A stretch of 64,000 nucleotides of DNA from a virus (taxonomy: Duplodnaviria; Caudoviricetes). How positions within the stretch are numbered: position 1 is the stretch's first letter; the number at the start of each line of letters is the position of its first letter. Below the pieces are notes generated by a model. The model saw only the letters and a list, made by a program, of their open reading frames with translations. It made no database searches and had not been told where the DNA came from. The position numbers and the translations under genes are program-made. This document shows, one piece after another, positions 26,780-36,124 of this stretch. Location: IMG/VR virus record IMGVR_UViG_3300021960_000017; one strand, written 5' to 3'.

Positions 26780-27735
26780 ATCTTTTTAATAGACTTAAAT
26801 TTGGTGATAGTTTTTGTGTATTGCCTTTCATTCATAAGCATGTGGATACAGGAGGTGAACGACGTTTATGTTGTAATTCTGAACAATCTGTAACACAAGA
26901 TAGAATAAACAAAGTACGTCAGTTGATGTTAGCAGGTAATCCAGTAAGTGAATGTGAAAATTGCGTAGATTGTGAATCCACAAATAAAATAAGTGAAAGA
27001 CAAAATCAGTCTAAAGATTGGTTAAAAAATACAGATATTAAAAACTGGATCCAAAATTGCACTGAGGTAAGTTACGATTTCAGATATAGTAATCTTTGCA
27101 ACCTAAGATGTCAAACATGCGGCCCCCGTGCTAGCAGTGCTTGGGCGGAATTTTTGCAAAAAAATGATGTGTATAAAAATTGGGAACCGGATAGTATTGA
27201 TATAAATCCAGATGCTAAACGCATCTATCTCGCCGGAGGTGAACCCTTTCTTATTAAGTCTTTTAGTAGAGCTCTAGATAGTGTTACTAATACCAATTGT
27301 GAAATAGTAGTAAACACAAATGCTACTATTTTAACAAATCATATGATTGAAGCATTATCTAGATTTACAAATGTTTGCTTTGTGTTAAGCATAGATGGCA
27401 TAGGGCCTGTAATAGAACAAATACGCACCGGCTGTAATTGGAAAACAATACAGGATAATATAGTTAAACTCAGGAATAGACTTAATCCTAGTTTTATGGT
27501 CAACACGGTTTTACAAAAAGATAACATAGACGATATACCTAATATTGCAAATTGGATTGACAGTCAAAATTTATCTAATTGGCACGTAACTGTTTTAACT
27601 AATCCTAAGCAGTATCATTATAGTCTTTATAAAGGTATACCAAATTGGGATGAATTATGGTCAAAACACTGTGTACAAGCTAATCAGCAAGCACAGTCTG
27701 CTCTTAAAACAGTCTATAAAAATTTGTACATATAG
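26767..27735 (+). CDS. Radical SAM protein with N-terminal twitch/SPASM-like domain
   Basis: CVLPF...LCC...CENC; CNLRCQTC; LAGGEP; TNAT; SIDG. Confidence 0.85.
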   Translation: MSDINLFNRLKFGDSFCVLPFIHKHVDTGGERRLCCNSEQSVTQDRINKVRQLMLAGNPVSECENCVDCESTNKISERQNQSKDWLKNTDIKNWIQNCTEVSYDFRYSNLCNLRCQTCGPRASSAWAEFLQKNDVYKNWEPDSIDINPDAKRIYLAGGEPFLIKSFSRALDSVTNTNCEIVVNTNATILTNHMIEALSRFTNVCFVLSIDGIGPVIEQIRTGCNWKTIQDNIVKLRNRLNPSFMVNTVLQKDNIDDIPNIANWIDSQNLSNWHVTVLTNPKQYHYSLYKGIPNWDELWSKHCVQANQQAQSALKTVYKNLYI

Positions 27736-28328
27736 CGGCCCATTATACTCTGGCGTAGGTTACAAGGTATAGGATCACATCTATGCCAAGCAAATGCATC
27801 CACACGCATTATCCAACTGAAGTTTGGACGAAACGGAAACCGTTTTATTTCGTTATTTTGTTCGTCTGTTATACTTGTTCCCCATTGTTCACCACCGTCA
27901 CAGAACATATATATCTGCCAGGCAGTATCTATCGTATGAGCATCATAGTGATTGTTAACACCATAACCTTTATAGTCTTCCCATAAACTAGCAGTGGTCC
28001 AGCGATCTCCCTTGTACTCAAGTCCTTCTAAACCATATACTGCCTGTTGTATGTCTGTATGCTCCATAAAGTTATGAAAGTAATCCATCCAAAACTCTAT
28101 GTCTCCGCTCTCAGGTATGTATATTGCTCTATTTTGATTAAAGCCTTCTGGGTTTTTGCGTGTCATTTGTGTAGCCATATCTGGCCAGTTTTGCATACAA
28201 AGCTCGTACAGTTCAGGATGCAGTGTGTCCTCAATAACTACATGCCAATAGGGTTCCCATTCCACAGTGGCTTGTTGTAGTTTTGCAACAGTATATTTTC
28301 TATATTTTTCCCAAGAAATGGTAGACAA
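27714..28328 (-). CDS. 2OG-Fe(II) oxygenase-like protein (probable TTG start)
   Basis: HYD facial-triad motif, later WH and RQS; SD AGGA before TTG. Confidence 0.6.
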   Translation of the reverse strand: MSTISWEKYRKYTVAKLQQATVEWEPYWHVVIEDTLHPELYELCMQNWPDMATQMTRKNPEGFNQNRAIYIPESGDIEFWMDYFHNFMEHTDIQQAVYGLEGLEYKGDRWTTASLWEDYKGYGVNNHYDAHTIDTAWQIYMFCDGGEQWGTSITDEQNNEIKRFPFRPNFSWIMRVDAFAWHRCDPIPCNLRQSIMGRYMYKFL

Positions 28329-28349
28329 ATTTATATCCTGTGTTATTAT
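28322..28349 (+). promoter_or_regulatory. Early sigma70-type promoter
   Basis: TAGACA-16-TATTAT, TGT upstream of the -10. Confidence 0.5.
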
Positions 28350-28384
28350 AAGTGAATTGTTAACAAGGACCAAAAGGATCGAAC

Positions 28385-29125
28385 ATGGCCCGTAATGATT
28401 ACAATAGTACTTATGATGTCCGCGACGTAATGGCAGCGAGTGTGATGGCATATCGCATCAATGGTGATGAATACTGTGCTTTTACAGTAGGTGATGACGT
28501 TTGGACTGGCAGGGAATCGACTGAATACCGTATTGTTAAACAGGCAAACAAGCATCTGATGCAGTATAGTATGACAGATATGCAAGTGCCGGTAACTATT
28601 AGTTATCCAGTGGGCAACTATTATTTTGATATTGAAGCTGATGAGGAAGACTATGCTGTAGCAGACGAAATGATCAGCTACTACAGTGGGCTTATGCTCA
28701 AGGCAATTAGCGGTAAAATTAACGAGTTTGAAGAGCGTGTACTGGGACTTATAAAGACCGGCACAGTTTCTGTTAAAGACTTTGGTATTATTGCAAGTCT
28801 TCCCAAGAGTTATTTCCGTAGTTTGGAACGGGATGAGGTAGAAGAAAAGCAACGCCAGTTAAGTGACACTAGCGAGTTTATAGGACAAATTGGTCACACT
28901 GTTGATTTGATTATTAGAGTATTGCGGTGTAATTATATACAGAAACTGAGCTGCTATGTTGTTAATGCAGTCCATAACGGCAACCTAGTTGTATTTTTTA
29001 CCAGTACTGGAGAGTTTGAAAACATAGATAGTGTTAGGGTTAGGGCTCGTATAAAGCGGCACCAAACCAGTTCATATCATGGTGGTAAAGAAACTGTTTT
29101 AAATTATGTCAAAAAGATGGCATAA
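28385..29125 (+). CDS. Hypothetical protein with possible C-terminal OB-fold
   Basis: FIGQIGHTV...VRVRARIK...ETVLNYVK. Confidence 0.7.
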   Translation: MARNDYNSTYDVRDVMAASVMAYRINGDEYCAFTVGDDVWTGRESTEYRIVKQANKHLMQYSMTDMQVPVTISYPVGNYYFDIEADEEDYAVADEMISYYSGLMLKAISGKINEFEERVLGLIKTGTVSVKDFGIIASLPKSYFRSLERDEVEEKQRQLSDTSEFIGQIGHTVDLIIRVLRCNYIQKLSCYVVNAVHNGNLVVFFTSTGEFENIDSVRVRARIKRHQTSSYHGGKETVLNYVKKMA

Positions 29126-29163
29126 AAGTTATTAATACCAATCTCGGTATTAACACAAGGGTA

Positions 29164-29227
29164 GCTATGCCCGCTGACGGCCAGCCCAGAGGGTCAAACA
29201 CTAAGAGGGTGTGAGGGCGAAAATAGC
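29164..29227 (+). ncRNA. Candidate structured RNA
   Basis: GC-rich intergenic island; nested stems GCTAT/ATAGC, GCCC/GGGC, GCTG/CAGC, ACAC/GTGT; terminator follows. Confidence 0.35.
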
Positions 29228-29242
29228 AATTACGATAAACGG

Positions 29243-29270
29243 AAAAAAGCTCGTTTAGGCGGGCTTTTTT
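29243..29270 (+). terminator. Rho-independent terminator (possibly bidirectional)
   Basis: AAAAAAGCTCG-TTTAGG-CGGGCTTTTTT. Confidence 0.75.
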
Positions 29271-29282
29271 CATCTTAAATGG

Positions 29283-29310
29283 TTGACGTTATCGTATTCT
29301 ATGCTAATAT
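29283..29310 (+). promoter_or_regulatory. Early sigma70-type promoter
   Basis: TTGACG-16-TAATAT, TGC upstream of the -10. Confidence 0.6.
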
Positions 29311-29342
29311 GATAATATAGAAACTAAACAAGGACCAGACAA

Positions 29343-29600
29343 ATGCTCGGAATGAAATTTACAAATTCTAAAGACCTAGACTTTGATGTCCTAATGCCAG
29401 GGATTGTTGATGCTTGGTTTTCCTCTAACACTCCAGATGACATTGTTAGGATTTTTGAAACTGCAAGTGGCGATTTCGACTTATGGATAGGCCGCCAACA
29501 GTTTGCCGCTTTCGAAACATTTGAAGACGCCAAGCGTCATGCAGAGTGTTTCGTTACCGTAGAAATTACAGCAGAAGATTTAGGAGTTAAATTGATATGA
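29343..29600 (+). CDS. Hypothetical early protein
   Basis: AAGGACCA leader. Confidence 0.65.
   Translation: MLGMKFTNSKDLDFDVLMPGIVDAWFSSNTPDDIVRIFETASGDFDLWIGRQQFAAFETFEDAKRHAECFVTVEITAEDLGVKLI
29553..29587 (+). repeat. 35-bp direct repeat, left copy
   Basis: GTTACCGTAGAAATTACAGCAGAAGATTTAGGAGT, identical to 31076..31110. Confidence 0.95.
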
Positions 29601-30175
29601 ACGAAATTCAAAAAGTAGCAGATTACATTAATACTCATATGGACTTTCCTAGATTTGCAAGATTATGTGTTGCTTTAGGAAGTCAAGTAAATGATGCCCA
29701 ATTACGTTTTATAAAAGCATTGGTTTTTGAACGTAGTATGGAACAATATTCTAAAGGTAAAATTAAGTTTGTAGGTGAAGAAGGGTGTGACCTTATTATA
29801 CCAGAGTTAAATGTAAGAGTAGAACAAAAGTATACTGAAGACGCTTTGTTTACGCCTAAAAAAAAGACTCTCAGAGAAAACACTAAGAGTATTAAACTTA
29901 TGAACAGTATGGGGACCAATACCCATAATAAGTTGCCGGAAACCTATGCTGATTATTTAATTTTTATTGGGAACCAGGCAGCAATGTTATTCTCTAAACA
30001 AGATTTAGAGCAACATTTACAGGTTGGAGGAGATGGCATAAGTGCTAATATCCCGACACGCAAAGGAATCCTACTTGCATCGCCTATAGACATGGATGCT
30101 AACAATCAGACTCAAATAGATTTTATTTCAGGATTTATGAAGTATATTGACAGTTACATACAATCTGTTAAATAA
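29597..30175 (+). CDS. Putative PD-(D/E)xK nuclease (possible type II restriction endonuclease)
   Basis: GCDL...VEQK motif; directly upstream of a DNA methyltransferase. Confidence 0.5.
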   Translation: MNEIQKVADYINTHMDFPRFARLCVALGSQVNDAQLRFIKALVFERSMEQYSKGKIKFVGEEGCDLIIPELNVRVEQKYTEDALFTPKKKTLRENTKSIKLMNSMGTNTHNKLPETYADYLIFIGNQAAMLFSKQDLEQHLQVGGDGISANIPTRKGILLASPIDMDANNQTQIDFISGFMKYIDSYIQSVK

Positions 30176-30182
30176 TATAGAT

Positions 30183-31049
30183 ATGTATAAAGTAGAAAAC
30201 AAAGATTGCATTCAAGGCCTTAAAGATCTTGGAGATGGATCAATTGATTTAATATTCACTGATCCTCCATATGGAATTGACGGTGATAAATTAGATGCAC
30301 ACTACAACCGAGACGAAAGCAATGTAGTTCCTGGTTATGTTGAAGTGGCTCTCGAAACTTATGGAGAATTTAGTAAAAACTGGATTACAGAATGTGCTCG
30401 TGTTTTAAGGCCAGGCGGCAGTATGTACATAGTCAGTGGATATACTAATTTACATCATGTGCTAAATGCACTACATAGTACAGATTTACAAGAAGTTAAT
30501 CATATAATTGCAAAATATACATTTGCTGTTAGTACTACAAAAAAATGGGTTAGTAGTCATTATCATGTATTATTTTGGGCAAAGCCTGATAAGGGAAAAC
30601 AAAAGAGAACATTTAACACGAACGTTTTCTATACAGACCAAAAAGACAGTTATCATGATAGACTTACAGTCCAGGACTTGCCACGAGATTATAAACCTGG
30701 CCAGATAAAAAACAAAAACCAATTAAGTGAAGAGTTTATCAAGAAATTTATTTTATACAGTTCTAACAGAGGCGACACTGTACTAGATCCTTTTTGTGGA
30801 GGATTTACTACAGCACGTACAGCATTAAGGTATGGACGCAAATTTGTAGGTTTTGAATTAAATAGCAATGCGTATAATGCATTTTTACCTACCCTAGATA
30901 ATGTAATATCTATGGAAGATCCTATACCTGAACAACCAAATCCAGAAGAACTAGCAAGAAGAGAAAAGATGCGAGAAGGTTGGCGGGCTGATAGACGTAA
31001 GCGTAAGGAAAACCCTGTATATGATCCTGGAGGCGTTTTTAAAACTTAA
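30183..31049 (+). CDS. Site-specific N6-adenine/N4-cytosine DNA methyltransferase (beta class)
   Basis: FTDPPY before LDPFCGGFTT; RVLRPGG. Confidence 0.92.
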   Translation: MYKVENKDCIQGLKDLGDGSIDLIFTDPPYGIDGDKLDAHYNRDESNVVPGYVEVALETYGEFSKNWITECARVLRPGGSMYIVSGYTNLHHVLNALHSTDLQEVNHIIAKYTFAVSTTKKWVSSHYHVLFWAKPDKGKQKRTFNTNVFYTDQKDSYHDRLTVQDLPRDYKPGQIKNKNQLSEEFIKKFILYSSNRGDTVLDPFCGGFTTARTALRYGRKFVGFELNSNAYNAFLPTLDNVISMEDPIPEQPNPEELARREKMREGWRADRRKRKENPVYDPGGVFKT

Positions 31050-31075
31050 AATTGGTTGACAATACACATAAACAT

Positions 31076-31110
31076 GTTACCGTAGAAATTACAGCAGAAG
31101 ATTTAGGAGT
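31076..31110 (+). repeat. 35-bp direct repeat, right copy
   Basis: Identical to 29553..29587. Confidence 0.95.
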
Positions 31111-31146
31111 AAGCCCAATTTAGTAGCACCTTAGATAAATAGATGC

Positions 31147-31668
31147 ATGAAACACATGCATCATATTATCCCAAAACACGCAGGTGGCACTGACGATTCT
31201 AGTAATTTAATAGAACTTACTATAGAAGAACATTCAGAAGCACATCGTAACTTGTATGAACAGTATGGCAGACAAGAAGATTATCTTGCCTGGAAAGGAC
31301 TTGCTGGATTAATAGGCAAGGAAGAAATGTTAAAAGCAAAACTTTCGTTAAACTCGTCTCGTCCTGGAAAATTAAATACCTTTTATGGCATGAAACACAC
31401 AGAAGAAACCAAACGCAAAATATCAGAGAAGAAAAAAGGCGTTAGTATTAAAATGCCTCCAAAGTCTAAAGCACACAAGAAGAAACTTTCTGAGGCCAGA
31501 CGTGCAATGGCTAAACGCTATGTTTTTGAGCATAAGGATGGCAGCACATTTACGGGCACGACTCGTGAACTTTCTGAGATCACCGGCTCAAATCCAGCAG
31601 AACCATGGAAGTTAGTTGTTGGGCAATATAAGACACACAAGGGCTGGAAACTGATTGACTCATTGTAG
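31147..31668 (+). CDS. HNH/NUMOD3 homing endonuclease-like protein
   Basis: HHIIPKHAGG...NLIELTIEEHSEAH; FYGMKHTEETKRKISE. Confidence 0.85.
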   Translation: MKHMHHIIPKHAGGTDDSSNLIELTIEEHSEAHRNLYEQYGRQEDYLAWKGLAGLIGKEEMLKAKLSLNSSRPGKLNTFYGMKHTEETKRKISEKKKGVSIKMPPKSKAHKKKLSEARRAMAKRYVFEHKDGSTFTGTTRELSEITGSNPAEPWKLVVGQYKTHKGWKLIDSL

Positions 31669-31682
31669 ATTCATGCTATTAT
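31655..31682 (+). promoter_or_regulatory. Early sigma70-type promoter
   Basis: TTGACT-16-TATTAT, TGC upstream of the -10. Confidence 0.6.
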
Positions 31683-31687
31683 AAAGT

Positions 31688-32272
31688 ATGATAGAAAATA
31701 AGACAAAAATAATACTAACCGATTGTGATGGCGTACTTTTGAACTGGGAGTACGCCTTTAATATTTGGATGGAAGGTCATGGATATTCCATGGTCGAGAA
31801 CGGAAAGTTCATTTATAACATAGCAAAACGCTATGGCATAGAGCCTGAAGAAGGTGTTAAATGCATCCGCTTTTTTAATGAAAGTGCTACTATAGGCTTT
31901 CTACCAGCATTACGAGACGCAGAACATTATGTGCGTTTACTAGGTAACCTGGGATATAGATTCCATGTTATTACAAGTTTAAGCAAAGATCCCAACGCAC
32001 AGAGATTGCGTACACGCAACCTAGAAAAACTGTTTGGTAATGTGTTTGATAAGTTCATATACCTTGATACTGGTGAAGACAAAGATACTGTCCTAGCAGA
32101 GTATAAGGATAGTGGATTGTTATGGGTAGAAGACAAACCTGCAAATGCTGAAGTTGGTCTCGAAATGGGATTGCGGAGTGTGGTCATGGAACACGCCTTC
32201 AATTTACATTATGAAGGCGTGGCTCCGTTTGTTAAGAATTGGGCTGATGTATATAAACTAATTACTAATTAG
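31688..32272 (+). CDS. HAD-superfamily (5'(3')-nucleotidase-like) protein
   Basis: TDCDGVLLNW, VITS, WVEDK. Confidence 0.8.
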   Translation: MIENKTKIILTDCDGVLLNWEYAFNIWMEGHGYSMVENGKFIYNIAKRYGIEPEEGVKCIRFFNESATIGFLPALRDAEHYVRLLGNLGYRFHVITSLSKDPNAQRLRTRNLEKLFGNVFDKFIYLDTGEDKDTVLAEYKDSGLLWVEDKPANAEVGLEMGLRSVVMEHAFNLHYEGVAPFVKNWADVYKLITN

Positions 32273-32883
32273 GGATTATCACCAAATGTACTGTAACTAA
32301 TCTGTTCGTTAGGTACATGACTACGGAATTTTTCGGCTTCTGTAAATGCTATTTCATATTCAGCAAAACTACAAGTGATCTGCTGAGAAACTACTCCGCC
32401 TTCAATTGTGACACCAACATTATTACCATTAGTTTCATTTTCAGCAGTACTTGTATACTTGAAATTAAAAACAGTATTAAAATTTGTAATATCAGTAAAA
32501 TCTGTTATAGTTCCAGCTGGAGTTAAGTTTGGGCCATCAGTTGAACCCTCAGGTATGGGAGTGTTATATGCTGCACTAATAAAAGTATTGCTACTTGGAT
32601 TCTTATAAAGATATCCAATACGATGCAAACATAGGTTACGATCATCATCAGCATCTACATAGTTGTCGTTTAACAATTCTACTTTGATTGTATGCCAAGC
32701 ATCTGCTGCTGGAGTAACACTACTTGTTACATCATATACAAATAAATGTGGGGTAGTGTGATCATTGCTAGTAATTTCTACATTATCAGCAATTACAGCA
32801 CCGTTAAATGAAAATCTTGCAAGTGCATTTTCAGAACCATTTGAATCCTGGTGTAATTGGAAAGCAATTTTATAGTCTGCCAT
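32269..32883 (-). CDS. Hypothetical protein with CBM60-like carbohydrate-binding motif
   Basis: LLNDNYVDADDDRNL resembles the ND...DRNL Ca-binding CBM signature. Confidence 0.45.
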   Translation of the reverse strand: MADYKIAFQLHQDSNGSENALARFSFNGAVIADNVEITSNDHTTPHLFVYDVTSSVTPAADAWHTIKVELLNDNYVDADDDRNLCLHRIGYLYKNPSSNTFISAAYNTPIPEGSTDGPNLTPAGTITDFTDITNFNTVFNFKYTSTAENETNGNNVGVTIEGGVVSQQITCSFAEYEIAFTEAEKFRSHVPNEQISYSTFGDNP

Positions 32884-32915
32884 GTTATGACTCCATTTTT
32901 AAACTAGTTTATATG

Positions 32916-33632
32916 TTATTTATCGCCATATATAGACAATACTTCACTTACAACTGGGTGTCTTTCTATATCAGTGTAGTTAAATTTAACAAACTGAATA
33001 TATTGACTATTGGAATAGTTGTTAAACAAATTGCCAAAGTCTATAAGTCCATTCTGTGCTTCTCGGCGATCAGTTTGCTGAATATCACCAGTAACAGCCA
33101 TACGACTGCCTTCACCAATACGAGTTAACAGCATTTTCATCTGATTGGGCGTAGCATTCTGCATTTCATCAGCAATAATAAAAGCATTCTTAAATGTGCG
33201 ACCACGCATAAAGGCTAAGGGTGAAATTTCGATAACCATTTCTTCAATCATATGTTTGATTTCTTTAGGAGAAAAATACTCCTGTATAACGTCAAATATA
33301 GGACGAGTCCAGGGTTCCATTTTACTGTTTAAGTCTCCAGGTAGAAAGCCATGTTTTTCATCATCAACACCCACTGCTGGGCGTGTGATAACAATTTTGT
33401 CTATTGTGCGTTCTTTCAATTCTTTTATAGCAGTCAGTACTGCAAGCATTGTTTTACCAGTACCGGCAGGGCCCACTCCGAAGACTATTACATTATTTGG
33501 ATCTAATAGTTTGGATATGTAGGTTTCCTGATTAAGGCTTCTAGGTACCAGCAGCACTTTACCCTTGCGCTGGATATATTCGTCGATATTAATAATGTTA
33601 GTGTTTGGCTTTTGTCTGGTCTTGCGACTCAT
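32916..33632 (-). CDS. phoH: PhoH-like ATPase
   Basis: GPAGTGKT, ITRP, GFLPGD, FMRGRT, DEMQN, GDIQQTD, RHPVV. Confidence 0.95.
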   Translation of the reverse strand: MSRKTRQKPNTNIINIDEYIQRKGKVLLVPRSLNQETYISKLLDPNNVIVFGVGPAGTGKTMLAVLTAIKELKERTIDKIVITRPAVGVDDEKHGFLPGDLNSKMEPWTRPIFDVIQEYFSPKEIKHMIEEMVIEISPLAFMRGRTFKNAFIIADEMQNATPNQMKMLLTRIGEGSRMAVTGDIQQTDRREAQNGLIDFGNLFNNYSNSQYIQFVKFNYTDIERHPVVSEVLSIYGDK

Positions 33633-33705
33633 TAAGTTGTCCTCCGTTTGGAAATTGAGGACAAATGATCTCTGTAATGTAACAATAATAACGATCTGAG
33701 AGCAT
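33598..33705 (-). CDS. Putative leader peptide (uORF) overlapping the phoH start
   Basis: 35 aa MLSDRYYCYITEIICPQFPNGGQLNESQDQTKAKH; SD AAGGAGG; TAAATA upstream. Confidence 0.35.
   Translation of the reverse strand: MLSDRYYCYITEIICPQFPNGGQLNESQDQTKAKH
33637..33664 (-). promoter_or_regulatory. Hairpin sequestering the phoH SD
   Basis: TTGTCCTC / GAGGACAA 8-bp stem; GAGGA of the SD is in the 3' arm. Confidence 0.55.
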
Positions 33706-33757
33706 ATGCCCTCCTTTCGCCAAATATTTAACGCTGTAGATTAGGAATTATATGGTG

Positions 33758-34534
33758 TTATTTGAGTTTCTTGTTGGCAAATGTATACAAATAACTGTCC
33801 ACAAAATCCTGATGGGCTATTTCCTTAGGGTGTGTAGTGTAAAATGGATAGCCAGTGTCATGTGCCCATTTAAAAAATCCTGGAAAATGATAAAAGTTAT
33901 CATGATCTAGACTATCATATAAGTTTTGAATACTGGCGTCCCAGGCAACATTTTTGTTGAAGATACATTCATCTACATAGGTAAAAATATACTTCTTATT
34001 TTTTTGTTTTAGCCAGTTCTGTAGGTAAATCATTTCTTTGAGTGTAGAATAGACTTCCCAGTATTCGTTATCTCCAACATGTTTAAAATACATTTCACTA
34101 AAGTCTGCAAGTCCAGTACTCTGTGCTATTAACTGGCTCTTTTTATAATGATTAAAAATATTTTCCTTAAAGTTTTGAAATGCTTCTAGGATTACATTCT
34201 GGTCTCGCTCATGCGTCCATGGACTAATACTGTACCAGGGACTGTCTTTTTCTAGCGTATCATAGTTAAATCGAAACTCAAATCTAGTAGGAAAACTCCA
34301 CATAACTGCTACTACACTGTCAATGTTGCGTTTGTCCAGCTCACTGACTGTGTTAATAATATTTCTAGCAATAGCCGGATTACTCCATCCGCCTTGCGCT
34401 ACACAAATAAATTTCATTTTTAATTTGGCAGCTAAATACCCAGCCCAGGTTAACTCACTAGGAGACTGCGGCGTGCAATCCATAAGTTCATTGCCGTAGG
34501 TAAAACTATCCCCACCTGCTACAAAAATTGTCAT
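33758..34534 (-). CDS. SGNH/GDSL-hydrolase-like hypothetical protein
   Basis: GGDSFTYG, GGWSNPAI, THP. Confidence 0.55.
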   Translation of the reverse strand: MTIFVAGGDSFTYGNELMDCTPQSPSELTWAGYLAAKLKMKFICVAQGGWSNPAIARNIINTVSELDKRNIDSVVAVMWSFPTRFEFRFNYDTLEKDSPWYSISPWTHERDQNVILEAFQNFKENIFNHYKKSQLIAQSTGLADFSEMYFKHVGDNEYWEVYSTLKEMIYLQNWLKQKNKKYIFTYVDECIFNKNVAWDASIQNLYDSLDHDNFYHFPGFFKWAHDTGYPFYTTHPKEIAHQDFVDSYLYTFANKKLK

Positions 34535-34585
34535 TGATTCTTCAGTTATTATATGCTATTATTATAAATATTTAGTGGAGTTGCC

Positions 34586-35263
34586 ATGAACCTAAAAATT
34601 CTTAATGAAGTAGAACATATGTTACAGACTAGCCCACAGGCTGTTCGTAATCATCAAAAACTTAAACAATTAGTGCGTGGTATATTTGATGTAGAGTTAG
34701 AAAGCTCTATGTTTACCACTGTATATGATCTAACAGAAGAAATTGATAGACTTGTATTACACAAGTACTTTGGTGAAGTATGGCAGCCTGAAACTAAAAA
34801 GTTTAAGTATAGTGGCTTAAAAGTTGTAGAGGAAGTAAACAGTTTAAATCCTCGTGCGGTACTGGATATTGGTTGTGGTTATAACGAGTTTAAAACACAG
34901 ATTCCTAATTTGATAGGTATTGATCCCTATAATACAGCAGCAGATCTACAAGTTGATCTATTAAGTTTTAAAACCGATACGAAGTTCGATGTAGTAATAG
35001 CACTAGGTAGTATTAACTTTGGCAGCACAGACAAAGTGTTTGCTGAGTTAGAAAAAGCAGTAAGTCTATGTGCGCCAGGCGCTGTAATGTTCTTTAGAGT
35101 GAATCCAGGCCATCAGCACGACAAGCCTGAAGCCAAGTGGATTACATTTTATCCCTGGAACTCTAACTTTATTGTTAACTGTGCAGATCATTTCAATGTA
35201 GATGTGCTAGACCTTCGTAACGATTCAAATAATAGAATGTATTTTGTTTGGCGTACAAGGTAA
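34586..35263 (+). CDS. Class I SAM-dependent methyltransferase
   Basis: VLDIGCG, GIDP, FDVVIALGS. Confidence 0.8.
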   Translation: MNLKILNEVEHMLQTSPQAVRNHQKLKQLVRGIFDVELESSMFTTVYDLTEEIDRLVLHKYFGEVWQPETKKFKYSGLKVVEEVNSLNPRAVLDIGCGYNEFKTQIPNLIGIDPYNTAADLQVDLLSFKTDTKFDVVIALGSINFGSTDKVFAELEKAVSLCAPGAVMFFRVNPGHQHDKPEAKWITFYPWNSNFIVNCADHFNVDVLDLRNDSNNRMYFVWRTR

Positions 35264-35269
35264 TATTGA

Positions 35270-36124
35270 ATGGTATTTAAAAGAAAGTCACAAAATTTAA
35301 AATTATTAGTTGATCCTGTGCCGTTGCTAGAATTTAAAAAAAATCTAGTTACTAACTATTGCGGCTCTGACACATCTACTACATGTTTGGAACCGGATTG
35401 GTGGAAAACATGTCCTGTACAAGATTTTAATTATCAATTTAATAGTTGGGGATTTAGAGGACCTGAATATGACCAATATTTAGGAAAGCCAGTGAACATA
35501 TGCTTGGGGGATAGTGCTACCGTAAACATTGGTGGCCCAGTAGAACATAGCTGGCCTAGTCTACTACAGAAGCATTACGATATTCCATGTTTGAATTTTG
35601 GGATGGAGGCAGCAGGTAATGATGCAATAAAACTGGTTTATGATAGAGCTTGCCAGATATTTGATGTTAAAAAAACTTTTGTTGTTTATTCCTTCTTTCA
35701 TAGAAGACTAGAAAATAATATTTTTATTAGTGAACCACATAACCATGTAGATAACATAGCCCATTTTAAAAAACATTTTATTAAGGACGCCTATTATAAT
35801 TTTTTACCTTATTGGTTTTATAATGAAGAAGAATTAAATTATATTGGTAACTTATCACAGTCTTATTTAAGTATAGAAGAACAATATTGGGAGGACAGTA
35901 TTCCTAGAAGTTTTTGTCTAAAGAAACAGTATAATATTTTAAAAGGAAATGACTGGCCTTCTTATGAAGATTTTATTTTAGGAGCCACCCCACATCCTGA
36001 TATTTACACTACAGAATGTAGGTTGTTAACTTATTATTTAAGGAACAGGGACGGCGTCCATCTTAGTCTGTATGCAAACCATAAATTGGCAGACAACTTA
36101 TACGAGCAAAGTAAATTATGCTAA
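35270..36124 (+). CDS. SGNH-like hypothetical protein (paralog 1)
   Basis: NSWGFRGPE, CLGDS, AGNDAI, RDGVHLS. Confidence 0.6.
   Translation: MVFKRKSQNLKLLVDPVPLLEFKKNLVTNYCGSDTSTTCLEPDWWKTCPVQDFNYQFNSWGFRGPEYDQYLGKPVNICLGDSATVNIGGPVEHSWPSLLQKHYDIPCLNFGMEAAGNDAIKLVYDRACQIFDVKKTFVVYSFFHRRLENNIFISEPHNHVDNIAHFKKHFIKDAYYNFLPYWFYNEEELNYIGNLSQSYLSIEEQYWEDSIPRSFCLKKQYNILKGNDWPSYEDFILGATPHPDIYTTECRLLTYYLRNRDGVHLSLYANHKLADNLYEQSKLC

Noticed and set aside
29164-29227. tRNA or hammerhead ribozyme
   Set aside because: No T-loop or CCA; CTGACGG and GAAA do not give a valid hammerhead core with stem III and an NUH site
33666-33695. Pho box upstream of phoH
   Set aside because: TTACA/GTTA elements lack 11-bp periodicity
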